64,000 nt of DNA, from contig OZ025678.1 of the NCBI GenBank assembly GCA_964019335.1, positions 310,001 to 374,000 on the forward strand. Reading direction: 5' to 3'. The translations under genes were made by a program, and so were the position numbers. The notes below the pieces were generated by a model, which worked only from the letters and a program-made list of their open reading frames with translations, searched no databases and had not been told where the DNA came from. This stretch comes from Diplonema japonicum (Eukaryota; Protista; Euglenozoa: Diplonemea). Within the stretch, counting starts at the first letter, position 1; each line of letters begins with the position of its first letter. Positions 31,107-44,600 of the stretch are shown here, one piece after another.

Positions 31107-33358
31107 TGCTGCAACATCTCCCCCCGGAGCTGACTCCTCCCAGCATATATGACACCCATTTGGGGCACACACCCTTTAGTCCAGAAAGGTTTGCCGACAT
31201 AGTAGTCAACGACACTGAGGGGAATGGCGGGATGTACATGTTGCCAGGAGGTGCATACAGGGACCTTCTGCGAATGGGACGGGAGTACTGCAGAATGCTG
31301 CACTCATGGTTCTCCCGGAAAACTGTGCAAAGCGGTGTGTACTTCGACAAGATGCAAGGACTGAGCATGGAGGAGCTACAGGCCATATCATCAATGAGTT
31401 TTGATGGTCTACAACTCTTCGAAGTAGCCCCGGAAGGTCGCCGGGCGATGACAAGGGAAACCGTCAGCGTCACCATTTTTCATAAGAAAATCTCAATCCA
31501 CACAACGCAAGGCCGTCTGCAGGTCGTAGACCCTTTCGATGTCAAGCAGGTAACAGATGTGGTTCACGACCCTGCGAACAGGAAGCTGACCATTGTCATC
31601 GCCGACGGCTTCACACACCGCGGCCTCGTGAACTACGAGATGGAGTGCTACGACCAAGCAGTCCTGCGAAGCCTCTACTACGTCATCATCAGCCGTCACG
31701 AGGACGTCAGCACTATCATCGATCCTGTCGCAAATGCACAGACTGTCCTCGGTACCTGCCAGCTCCCACAACACATCCCTCCTTCTCGAGTGTCACCAAG
31801 TAGAAGCTTCTACAACACCCCTCACACGGAGCCTGAGGTTACCAGCCACAGAACCACGCGTACCGCCTCGAGCACTGTCACCCGTGCCAGCAACAACGCG
31901 TCTCAAAGCATTAAATCTGCTAGTACTGTGGCACCCACTCCCACACCGCAGCACACACCACTTCCTGTCCCCGAACCTTCAGTGGAAGCTGTTCCTGTTG
32001 CCGAATCTGTCGCTTTGAGTGGCGACGATGTGTACAGTAACACAGGAAGTGCTTGTGGCGCACCGGGGTTGAGTGAGGCGAGTATCGACTCCGCTGGCGG
32101 GTTAAATGTTACTCGCGGTGCGAGCAGTGCTGCTAGCGGTAATGGGTTGGAGCTTCTTGAAAAGCTCAAAATATTGGAAAGTCAGGTCGAAGAACTGAAG
32201 GTGTCGGCCAAGGAAAAACAATCTGCATCCACAGCCTCCCAGTCCCGACATTCTTCCTCCCGCCGTTCCTCCTGCCGCTCCGACCGATCACACCGAGTAC
32301 CAAGCTTGCATGAGAAACACTCGTCGCAGTCCCTCAGTTCTCACCGATCGCACCGTACAGCTCAGCCTATCTCACGTTCGTCCTCGACACTGCTCGCCTC
32401 GGATGATGAGCACCCCATACTGCAGGCCGCGTCCGTCATACAGCTGATACCCACAACGCCTCAAGTGTCTATCAACGACCAGTCACAGAAACGGGGGAGT
32501 GCCGAAGATCACCCACAAGCACGATCAACCATCCCGCAGGTGAAGCTTAAGGAGCAAGTCAAGCAGCTGGCTTGCGAACAGCAGTCGGATGTCACATCCA
32601 CAGTCACCTCGTGCAGTGCATCAGACTCGCAGTCTGCAATAACATCCGCAGCAAAGTCGCTTGTCATCGTCGTGGAGTACACTGCGACGCACTTCGAGTT
32701 GGACAACACCGGCCTGTCGTCTGATGTCTCGCGGTTTCTCGTGGACCAAGGCTTCCTTGCAGAGCAGTGTCTGCTTGCCGACCACATCGACGAGAGCCAA
32801 CCGACAAAGAAGAACATCTTGACAGGGATAAGGTGGCTGATGCGGGGCGCCAGAAGCGGAGAAGCGTTGTTCATATCAATATCAGCAAGAACAAAAGAAA
32901 AGGAACTATACCCAATGGACTACATGGGAACAGGGCCGCTGCTGCAGGAAGAAATATCTCATCTGTTGGCGAGCACCTTGCCTAAAGGGTGCAAACTGCT
33001 CTTGCTCTGCGACATCGACACAGGGGAGCTCATTCAACTCCCTTACCAAGTGAGGTTAGGCCCTATGGGGATTAACGAAACACGGCCGGATGTACTTCGT
33101 GTTCCTCCGAAGGAGGGCGTTATTCTCCAGCTGCATGCAACATCAGTCACCTCATCCTTGAAGAAGAACACCCGTTCGCGTGCTGGGGTCTTCACCACTG
33201 CTGTGTTACAGGTGTTGCGCTGCAACTCGCGGCCAAGTATCGGGTCTCTGCTGACCTCTCTTTCGGAGATTTTAGGGAACGACTTGCAGCCCTGCGTGTC
33301 TTCTAACTTTCCTCTTTCGTCTATTTCGGAATTCACGCTTGCCAATGATGTTGCGTAA
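31107..33358 (+). CDS. Protein with a C-terminal catalytically dead metacaspase (C14)-like domain
   Basis: PTKKNILTGIRWLMRGARSGEALF…YPMD…LPKGCKLLLLCD..LPY matches the metacaspase fold pattern. The His and Cys motifs are replaced. Confidence 0.75.
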
Positions 33359-33517
33359 TAAATAAATAAATAAAAAAAAATTAGAATACTTGTAGTATAC
33401 CTCACTCCACTCCTTTTTCTTTTTTAGATATCCGCGATTTGAAACGAAATATATTCTTTTTTTTCTTTTTGTATTTTTTCAACGCACGTCAAAAAAATAA
33501 AAAAAAGGGGGGTGGGG

Positions 33518-36500
33518 ATGGCGGATGTCGAGGCCGATGTGGCCGCGATGCTGGACAGCAGCGTCAACATAACTGCGATAGACGAGATCGACTCGGAGGC
33601 GAGGGACCACTTTCAATTCTTACAACAGTCAATCGGGCAGAACTTTGTCAGCGTGCTGAACGACCCGAGAGAAGAGAAAGCCGGATGGTTCGGAGGCGGG
33701 CTGTTCGGGGAGAAACAAACAGAAAACCCTGTGAAACTAAGCAAAATCCCAGCCGTAAGCACGCAAGCACTTGTTGACTACATGGCACACCTCGGCTCGG
33801 GGTACAAAACATGGCGGATTTCAAAAAGAGCGCAAAGAGAGGGCAACAAAACAGCGGAGTTCGGAATGCTGTCTGTACCGGCGCAGTTTTTCGGGAGCTC
33901 GTTGGATATTTTGGCGCAGCCGATGCTGTTTGAGGAGATCATGCCGGAGGTGCAGGATCCTTACACCTCGCAGCTTCTTGTCGCGAAGCTCGAGTTTTTT
34001 CAGTCGGAGGTCGACGCCAAGCTGTTCGCACAGGTAAAACAGCGTTCCCCGCAGTTCTTCGACGCGTTGCAGACGTTCAACGATCTCAAATCTGAGGTCG
34101 TCGACGCCCTGCAAGGCATCAAGACGCTCCGTCGTGTGGTCACCACAACACAACAACAATCTGTCGTTTCTTCCCTCCGTGTGATCCATCTCAAACGCCG
34201 CGTCAGAAACCAGCAACGCGTCCTCGAGCTTCTCAAAAACATACAAAACCTGCAACAGGTCCACGGCGCGGTGGAGCGGAAGATAGAAACCGGCGACTAC
34301 ACCACCTCCGTCTCCGATATCAAAACGGTGCATCAAGAAAGCCGTTCGTTGCTCCGGTTGTCATGCGTCCGCGGTATTCTTGAGAAGTTCGACGAGATTC
34401 AACAAGAATCCTTCAAGGTTATCCACAAGGTCCTTGTCGATTTGTTGCTGTGCAACGCACCTGCCCATCCGTGGCCAGACAGCAACGACGACAACACACC
34501 GCAACAACAACAACAACATGACGATTGGCACGCAAAACTGGAAAAATCTGCAAGCCCTTTGCTGACGCAAGGGCTGCCGTTGGCAAGGGAGGTGTTAATA
34601 GAGTACAGGAAAGGTATTTTGGAAGAGGTGAGGCGCATCGTGTCCGACACGTTAAAACGGGCGATGAACTTGATTTTAGAAGGCCCGCAACTATCCGAAG
34701 AGGAGCTGTTGAAGCAGGGGAAGATGAAGGAGCTCAACGTCGCACATTTCGGATTTGTGTTGGAACAGCTATTCGAAGCCGTTTTCTTCTTCTTCAGAAG
34801 GACGTATCGAGTGACAACTTCCATGAGCACCATACTTTCGCGAAGCCCTATGCCTGAATTCCATCAAAAAGCCTTGCAGGATCTACTCACGGAATCCCGA
34901 ACCAGCGTTGTCAAGAGAATTCAAAGCAGAATCATTCGCATGTTCGAAGTCCGTCGAGAGGAGCATGCGTCCCTCCGATTTCCTGAGATGAACCAGCTCA
35001 TGGCCCTCTCCTTCAACTTCCTTCTGCGGTTGCAATCTGTGTCGGGTGACACAGATGCGTCAGAAGTCTCTCTCCGGTCGACACTCATCACTCAAGCGAA
35101 AAGCTTCTTCAAACGCCAGCACGAAAAGCAACAGCAGAAATTGCTCGAGATACTCCTTTCCGAGAGATGGCAGGCAGAGGCAGAGATCGACGTGTCTTTC
35201 CAGGTACAGAACACAACAAGGGTTTAAAATATTTTATTTAAAAAAAAAAAAAAAAAGGCATACTGCGACCGTATGACTGACGAGTCCGCGGACTCCATTG
35301 AAGCGGCGAAAAAGATGGCGATAGACAGGCCCGGCTACGTGCCATTTGTGGAAGGTTCTTTTTGAAAAAAAAAAAAAAAAAGAAAAAAGAAAAAAAAAAT
35401 CCCAGATGAAATTGGGGAAGGATGCAACCCTAGGCTGTCCTTGTGTGGTCAGTCGTACTACTGTGTCTCCCACAGTGTTCTTATGCTGTTGAGGGTATGC
35501 ATAAACGAAAAAAAATGGAAACCCTCTCCCTCCCAACAGATCCTTGCTGACTACGAGCAGTACGTCTTTGCCATGCCCTTCCTGAGTCATGATGTAGCTC
35601 AGAGAGTACACGACTTGCTGAAGGTGTATGATGGCCAGACTACAGGTCTTATATTGGGTGCTGGCGCACGTGAGACTGTATGGAATAAATTTGTGGGAAA
35701 AGAAAAAGAAGAAAGAAACCTTCACACAGGCCGGCATCGGGACGATCACCGTGTCCCACCTCGCCGTGTCTGCGCAGTGCCTTTCGTTTTTGGCAGCGTT
35801 TGCACCCCTGTTCAGACGAAGACTGGAAGCCGTCCTCCCACCGAAATCCACCGTTTTCCTCAAGAACCTCGAGCGGTTTTCAAAAGAAGCCATCGACCAC
35901 CGAAATGAGTATGCTGTGACAAATCTAAAAAAAAAAAAAAAAAAAAAAAATTAAAGGGCCCCCCCGAATAATCCCTTTATTTGGGCAGTGGAGGGGGGGT
36001 GTTTGGGCTCCAAAAAAAAAAGAATTATTTGGAATACACTTATTTGGGTTGTACTTATTTGGGCTGGGGGGCCTGCCACATGGGTAACAGGGAGCGGGGC
36101 TTGGAGCACTTCTTGGTCTTGTGTTCTTGCCAGTTTTTCTCCCAGGCTGTGGAGAACCCACAAACGTTGCAGACAATCCGCCTGGTTTTGGCGTTAGGTG
36201 GTTGCTGGGAGGTTGCGGGGGTCTGAGAGGCCGCTGGGGCTTGGGAGGCTGGAGTCTCGGGTGTAGTGTCCGTTGTCACACCCGCAACAACGTTCTGTGC
36301 TGCACTGTCTAAAGGGTCCGACTCCTTCAAAGTGCTTACTTCGCCAAGTGCTCTTAGCTGTATGGTCTCCACGGAACTACCTGGTAGGTAGCCGAGAGAC
36401 CGCATACAGGTAGAGGTGTCGAGCAGTTGCATGACCTTCTCATGTGCCTGCCCTACCCACAGTGCCACGTTGATACGGCGCTCTGCTGCAGTCATCGACC

Positions 36501-37798
36501 CACGTCCCGCCTCAGTTGCTTAGGCATGCCACAGCCCTCCTAACCCCTCAAAATGGAGTTTAAATAACGAAAAATAAAAACGTCTAAAAGTTGTAGATCC
36601 GTGGTAAGCCCACCAGGGATCACAGCTGGTATAATCTTTGCAGCCTTCATGGCCGCCTTGCAGCACCGTCGCATCTTCAGGCACCGCAGCACGCAAGTAT
36701 GGGATGTAGACATTAATAAAAAAGTCAGAACCCACAACTCCACTTTCGCATGCTGCGACCTGCACCCCTTTGCACTTGTCTATTTCTCCCTGGGACGGGA
36801 GCCTGTCCTTCTTCAGCAACACGATGGGCTCTGGTTGCTTGTCGGTGGTGTTGATGATGGTGATGATCGCACTGGCGAGCCTTTTGGTGTCGGCGGCAGC
36901 GATCGTGGGGTCGTCTATGTCGGCATCCTCCCAACCGGGCCGACGACGCGGAGGAGGCGTTTGCCGAGTGGGCAGATAGGCGACTCGTCCATGTTGCAAA
37001 TTATTGCAGTCGGACAGAGTCGGTGGACGGAGTGCAGGAACTTAAAGAAGCGTGCAGCTTCAAGCTTCCTCTCCGCCACCGGTTTCCCCATCAGCCTGCT
37101 GACCTTCTTCTCACTAAGGTTTTGCCTCTTGAGGAAGAAGACCTTGTCAGACAGCACATAATTGCTGTTGACGGGGTCGGACTGGCGGATTTTCTTTTGG
37201 AGAAGTTGTCGGGCCTGCAGGTTGGTGCAGGGCTTTTTTTCTTCCCGTAATTTGCGGATCTCGTCCCCCGCTTCTTTTTCCTGGTCAGGAAACTGTGGGG
37301 GCCTCCCGCCTCCTGGGGCCCTCCTCCTCACCCTCGCCTTGGCGTCGCGGCTATTGAACAAGTCGATGTACGCCTGTTCATTTGCCATAATACTGGCAAG
37401 GTCACGCCTGCGAAGGCGTACTTCCGCGACACCGCCTCCGCACCCGCCGTCTTGCACAAGGCAATTATCCACAACTTCTCCGCCACGGTGTACTCACGGC
37501 GTCTCCTCTTGTTTTCATGTACTTCTTCCTGCTCTTGCTCCTGCTCCTGCTCCTCCTCCTCCTCCTCAGGCTCTTCACCCGCCAACCCGTCTCCGAACGG
37601 GTTTGCGTTCAACTGCCCATCGTACACGTACCAGTCCTCATCCGTAGGGGGGTAAGAAGGCCATTTTAAAGAGGTTTAAGATTGATAGTCTGATGAACAG
37701 TGCCTGGGCTTGGCATTACATTCTGAATAAAATAAACTGCCTTCCACTTCTTGGTCGGGCGTCAGCCACGTCTACAGCTCTACAGCCCCCCCCCCGTC

Positions 37799-37837
<39 letters not shown>

Positions 37838-38401
37838 ATCGGGAATTATTTGGGAAATTTGGAGCGGAAAAATCCCCGAAAAAAAAAAAGAATTATTTGG
37901 GAAAAAACACATTATTTGGGAGGGAATTATTCGGGCCCCCCCTTTACAACAACAAAAAAAAGATTTTACGTGAAGATCCTTGTGATGGTCAAAGAAGGCG
38001 GGTCGTGGACAAAAGAATGGAAATCTGACAACTGGAAGAAAGAAGGCGGGGCATGGATACTAAGCTTGCTCAAGGAAGTCGGTAGATTGCTGAAAAAGGG
38101 TGGGTTGGAAAGGCTTCTGGATAGAAGGCAGCTACGCATTGTGATGTACCCTATCCTTTACGCTTACTTCACGAAGATAAAAACTTGTGTAAATGGTATC
38201 AAGGGGCTGAAGGATAACCCCGAGCTGCTACGCAAGGTAAGGGAGGACATCCTGCACTACAAGGTCAACATCGAGAATTTTGGATTCTCCGTCATGGTCT
38301 CGACTGCCGCAAGGGATCTCACAGCCGCGTCTTCCTGGCTCCCAGAAGAAAACGAGAGTTTACCAGAATCGGACGAAGCCGTCCTTGCACTTTTCCTCTA
38401 G
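33518..38401 (+). CDS. VPS54: GARP complex subunit Vps54
   Basis: Motifs LFAQVKQRSPQFFDA and DLLKVYDGQTTGLILGAGA|..GIGTITVSHLA. Introns 35204-35257, 35355-35405, 35495-35539, 35678-35729 and 35909-37962. Confidence 0.85.
35954..37944 (-). mobile_element. pogo/Tigger-like (Tc1/mariner superfamily) DNA transposon, frameshifted
   Basis: TA-flanked imperfect ~23-bp TIRs (AAGGG....CCCGAATAAT.CC). Minus-strand fragments read RRREYTVAEKL (HTH), GGGRPPQFPDQE (CENP-B-type HTH), ICNMDESP and IPGGLTTDLQLLDV. Confidence 0.85.
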
Positions 38402-38682
38402 CTTTTTTTTTTTTTTTTTTTCGTTTTTTGCGGTCTTTGTATTCATTTGTTCCAGCCCACCCTCCAAAATCTCGTTTTCTTTCTTCTTCAATTAAAAAAA
38501 AAAAAAAAAGAAAATTGGAATTGGAGTTCGATCGCGTAATATAACCCACCTTCCCCCCCCCCCCCCCCCCCCCACTACCACTTCCGATATTTTCTAAACT
38601 CTTAAAAGGAGGGGGGGGGAAGGGGGAACAGTAGAACCAAATAGAAAAGGAAAAAAAAAGAATAGATTGGCAAAATAGGGGG

Positions 38683-41600
38683 ATGGCGTTGAAGCGCACG
38701 AAGGCGTGCCAATGGCACTGCGAAGAGTGCAGAACGGTGAACCTGTCGTTCAGTCAGAACTGTGTGCAGTGCAGGGTCCCGAAACCGGGAGGCGAACCTA
38801 CAACGAGGGATCTCCTCAGACAGTCGGAGCTGCAAGAAAAACGGGTAGAAATGCTAGAAGCCATGTACAAGACACGTCCGGAAGGACCTCCTATAGAAGA
38901 TATTAGAAGAAGCCCGGTGCGGCGGACGACGCCGTCATCAGCATGGGTGGATGATCTTCTGTCGCCAAGAGGGATGCAAGGGGTGAAGGTGAAGAGGACG
39001 CCGTCTCCTGCACTGCTCCCAGCAGCTCACAACACTTTACTCGCGAATACCGTAGAGGAGATACGGAAGAGGCACCATGTGATGCCCACGTCAATGCCGC
39101 TCAGCTCACCAACTGCCTCTTCTCCTCCTGTCCCTACGGCGGTGTACCGCCCTCCTGTTGACCTTCTCCCTGATGTAGAGCTTAAGGCCTTGCTTACTGC
39201 AGAGTCTGAAGCCCGCCGCGACGCAGAGCGCCGCGCACGCGTTCTTGAGGAACGCCTCCTTGCATCTCGCCAACGCGTCACCGAGCTCACCGAAGACCTC
39301 AACGCCTTCGACCAGAACTCCAACAAGTGCGCAGAGCTCGAGGCCGCCGTCGCCTCGCAGCGTCTCACCCTCGACCAGAAGGAGCGTGAGCTCGACACCC
39401 TCCGGAAGCAGCTCGACTTCAGCACCAAAGACTACGAAAAACAACTTAAAGAAACCGACAAACTCGAAGCGAAAGTGCGGCAACTCGGCCTCGAGTCTGT
39501 CGCCAACAGGGGCAACGACACCGCCCTCGTGGAAAAGGACGCGCAAATAGAAAAGCTAAGGGAACTGGTTGTTTCTCTCGAAACACAGTTGCAAAGCAAA
39601 GAGAAAGAGGTCCAAAATTTAGCGGGGCGGGACGAAGGGGTCCCGTTCTCGGAGTACAGCAACTTGCAGAAGATGCTGCAGCAGGTGGAGAACGAGTCGG
39701 GGGAGAAAAGCAACGCGATTGAAATCATGACGGAGAAGTTGAAGAAGCAAAAGGAACTCCTGGTGGAGATGCAAGAAAGGTTTGGTGAAAAGGAACAAGA
39801 GATCAGCCTGAAGGAGTCTGCCAACGGCGAGCTGCGCAACTACGCAGCTGGCCTCGAGCACGAAGTGCGAATCATCAGTGAAGACAACGCAGCACTGCGC
39901 AAGATTAAAGACGAGCACAAAGCAGACCTGAACGACGCACAAAACAAGCTCGCGAAGAACGAGAGCATGTTCAAAGAGCAGCAACTTTCCGCTGAGATGC
40001 AGAACGATGCACGCGATGCCGATGCACGACAGCAGCTCAAAGAAAAGGACACTCTTCAAGAGCAACTCTCCACTGCCATCTCCGACAAGCAGTCTCAAGA
40101 CGCTCTCATTCATCAGAAAGACAATGACCTTTCAGTTCTGCAAGACAAAGTGACTTCGATAGAGCAGCAACTCAAGAAGGCTTCCGATGCAGTATCCGCC
40201 AAAGAGCAGGAAATATCGCTGCTGCAATTGGAAGCTCAAGGAAAGGACGCAGCCGTGCAGAACACAGAGCAGAAGCTTGAAGATGCAGAAAAGAAGGTCA
40301 CGTTGCTGACATCACGGCTGGAAGACACCGTTGAACGGAAAATAGAGAGCGAACTTGTGAAGGATCAGAAATCTGAAGAATTAGAGACTATGGCGGCAAA
40401 CGTAGCTGAGTTAGAGGAAGAACTTGCTGCGTGTCGTGAGGCAAGCAGGCAAGCGGCCAACGGGGCTGCAAGTGTCTTGCAGAACTTGGAAGAGCTGAAG
40501 CGAAATGAGATCGAGGCCGAGGCTGCTGACTCACCGCATCCTACACCACCTGAGCAGATGTCCATCACAGACCTCCAGGGCGTGTGGCGGGCTAGGGACG
40601 GGCAGTACGTGACCATCGAAGGCAAGACCGTGAAGTTCGGAGAGACGAAGGAGGTCTTCGAGCTTAAAGACTCGGAGTGGGTGTCGTTCCTGGGTTGCAG
40701 ACCTGTACCCAAGGCGGAGAATGGCACAGTAATATGCTGGAGTGACAACGATGTGTGGGTAAGGCCCAGCACTGCCGAGAAGGTGAAGAGTACTGAAGGC
40801 ACGCAGACTGATGTGTCGTACGCTCTACTTGCGCAGCAGTTGCAAGAACCTGAGATGCGATCTGAGATTCAGAATGAGGAACAGCAAGCGTGGTCGAAGC
40901 TGCTCTCGGCCAATAAGACAGCCCAGACAAGCCTCATGCAACTGCAGCTAAACGAAACAGCAAGATCTGCTGCAACCCTGCCCATCGTAGAGCAGTCCTT
41001 GAAAAACTCGCAAGAAACTGTCCGTGACCTGGCCGATGCCTTAAAGGTGGAAGAAGAGAAGCGTAAAGAACTGCAGGATACGGTCGATGCCCTGAAGGAC
41101 GAAGTGCCCTCTGACAAACAGCGTGAGGCAGAGCTCATCACGGAAATAGAACAAGTTAAGCGTGGTGCCGCTGAGGCTGCAGAGGTATGACTCAAGCTCT
41201 TTATCCACAATGCGCAGGAAATCACGTCTCTTCGGGCTCAGCTGCATGAAACCCTGAAGGAGATGCACAAAGCGAAGTCCGAAGTTGACAGCAGAGACAC
41301 CGACCTCGATGCACTTCTTTCGGAGAACGAGATGCTGAAGAGGAAATTAGACATACCGGAGGTGCGCAATGGTACATTTTTTTAAGCATAACCAAACCCC
41401 AATAGGCGCCTCGTCTCGTATCATCAACAGGAAGTAGCTCATCGCACGACGCACCTGCGGATGATGAACCTGCACAAGTCGAGCCTAAGACGCCTGTGCG
41501 AAGCTTAGAAGTTCAAGTGTCGTCACCTACGAACACTGCAGGGACGCAGGTCGACATCCAGGGGCCCGGTGTTGCATCGCCCACCAGCACAGCAGCCACG

Positions 41601-44600
41601 CAGGCTGGAACATTTGGTGAGACCACCGACGCTTCGATTCAGGTGGCAGCTTCTGATTCTGTGGCGCACCCGGTTACATCTCCTACAGCTACAGCGGCTA
41701 CGCAAGCTTTTGAGGCTGAGTCGGCCAATGCTTCCACTGAAACCTTTCCTGCAGAGACTTCAGACGTTGCCACCCAGGAAGGCTCTGTGGTACCGCCCAT
41801 TACAACAGCACTTGTTGACGTGGCCGTACAGGAGCACCCCGAAACATGTGTATTCTTGCAGCAAACTGATGAGCCACTCCTTCGTGACGCTGATACACAG
41901 GCCGTCCCTGCGACAGCAACTGCTGCTCTGCAAGTAGATGCCGACAAAGTGGACATCACTACCAATGGCACTCAGACGGGAAGCATCGAGTTGACGCATG
42001 AGGTGGGTGTCCAGGAGGAACCTGTGATGGAGGCACAAGGTCAGCAAACGGCCGTCGAAGTGCAAAGTACTGAACAGCAGACAGACGAAAGTGCTGACAA
42101 AGACCACAAAGACGCTGGTGTGCAGGAAGTCCCCCTGACGCGTGTGAAGCTTCTGCAGACAGAAGAAACTGAAATGCATGCTAAAACCATACAGACAGAG
42201 GCACCCAAACTCGTGTCCACCCTGTCACAAGCATCTGAGGACATGGCAACAGCGACAGTGCAGACGGAGGACTGGGGGGTGTCGAGGGATGCTTACGAAA
42301 AGTTGGAGAATGACCTAAAGCAAGCCTACGATGAGATCCAACGGTTGTCGCATGCCATAGCAGCTGGTATTGAAGCGGACAGCAACGAGATCGTCGTTTC
42401 GCGTGCAGAAGGCCTGAACGAAAGGCTCCAGACATTGCTGCAGGACTCGTCGGCTTCACAAGACGAGATCGACGCATGCATCAAAGAAGCGGAGGAGGAG
42501 CTGGGAAGCCTGACGACACTTGTGGGACCCGCCTCTGAGGTTGAGCGGTTGAAGAAACAGCTTGCTGGTCAGAAAAAAGGCCGCGCGGAGCTTGAGGGCA
42601 ACATGGCCGCACTAAGGACTCAGATACTCGAGAAGGATGCAGCCACGAGAACACTCAAGGCAGAGAACGAAAGCCTGTTGCAAAAATTAAGTGACAACAA
42701 CGAACAACTGGAGTCTCTGCACAACATTAATGCAGAGCTGCGTGCTAAGATGGACAGTGTGGGCATGCAGTCATCTACAAGCAGCTCATCGACGGAAGGC
42801 AAGCACAGAGCGCATGAAGGGCTTTTAAGGCTTGAAATGCAGAACTCAGAGCTTAATGCTGATCTTTCAGCTGCCCAGTCCAGGATCGCAGCACTCGAAG
42901 CTGCCCTAGATGCAACCTATAACATACAAGACCCCGGCCAGCAGGTAGAGGAGGAAACCCCTTCCGTCGTCAAGGGACGCGAACTGGTAACTGCTGTGTA
43001 CAAACCAGGGAGCCAGGCCTTCGGGGAGCTGAAAGCCATGATGCAGGAGGCTTCGCATGCCGTGCTATTCGAGATCGAAGAGCAGCGAAAAGAAAGGGAA
43101 AAGGAGATGATGCTGAAGATCAAAGAGCTTTCGGAGAGCCAAAGCAGCGAGGATGCCGCTGCGCAGATTGGTGCCGTGCTGCAGAGCGTAGAAGAGCCCG
43201 GCAACCTACACGTGAAGGAGAGGCTCGATATCATTCTTAAGCAGCAGGCAGAGCTAGGTAAGAACCAAGATGCGTTAAGATCACTGCTGATGCAGCCTAG
43301 TACATCTCGTCGCAGCAGCCTTTCTGAGAACACTGCGAAGCTCTTGCCGATTGTTACCGCATTGCAGTCTTCGCTTCAGAGTTTGGCTGACACCGGGGAC
43401 GCAAAACAGCGAGAAATAAGCACCACATTGACAGAGGTAAAGGACTTGCTTACAAGGGAACCACAGGACGATGAGGGTGTGGAGCTGCGCGAGACGGCTG
43501 TTGCAAGCTTGGTGAACAAGCTCAAAGACGTATTAAACAAAACAAGCGACCATGACGCTCAGCATGCTGCCGAGCACAGGGAGATACTCAGCGCGCTTGC
43601 ACAGCTTCAGAGCCAAATGCAACAGAGCAAGACGAGCGACAATGGTGATGTTGCTGCGAAGTTAAACATCATTGCCGACAAACTTAACGAGAGCGGTGCG
43701 CAATCTGAGCCGGTTCAGCACTTCCTTGCCACACGCGACGAGACATCGACACAAGCTTTTGATTCCGCTGTCGACTTGCTGCAAGAGCTGCAGGCTGGCA
43801 TCTTGCAGTCGCATAGTGCTGTGCCCGTCGCTGAGAAGCTCGACGAACTTGCTGTCGCGATACAAACAGACACTGCTGCGAAGAACGAGCTGCATTCGAG
43901 ACTTGCTTCTGTGGAACATGCACTTGATATGGCTCAGCTACAGTCATCTTCGACTAGCCAAATGCCTGACTGGGCATCCGACTTGCTGCGAGAGATCAGA
44001 GGTGGTGCTGTCTCATCTGCGCCTTCTCCAGAAGAGATCCAGGCGATTACAGAGAAGCGCAAGCAGCAAGCCGTTACTGAGATAGCCGACCAGAGTTTGG
44101 AGCTGCTCCAAGCAAAGGTTGCTTCGATGGGGGAGCAACTTGCAGCTGGTGAATTGCGTGAGTGGGAAAAGAACAGTGTGACGAACAGTTTACTTGAGGA
44201 GAACAAAAAGATGAAGGAAGACCTGAGAAACACCTGCGACATCAACCTCTTGACGCAGGCCCACCAAGATCTTGCGGTTGCAAAGATGGCACTCGCTCGC
44301 AATGAGGCATCAGACGATGGCTCGGTAGCTGATGCGCTAGCAAGGCTAAGAGATGCCGAAACGCATATCGCGGGGTTATCACAAGACTTAGAGTTGAGCC
44401 ACAGGTCGTCCAAACACTGGGAAAGCACTGCGAAGGACTATTTAGCTGAGCTCCAGTCCAAGGCGAGGGAGTTGAACGAAGTGAAGCTGAGATTAGAGAC
44501 GGCAGAGGCTGGGAGTGAGGACACTTTCCAAGCAAACAGAACAAACAGCGTGTTCAGCAGCCGAAGAGGATCGGGTCAGCTTGGGGAAGATCTGCCTAGT

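Noticed and set aside
41185-41217. Stop-codon readthrough or TGA reassignment (also at 17221)
   Set aside because: Each in-frame TGA lies inside a GTATG…AG intron, and TGA serves as the true stop of several genes in the window.
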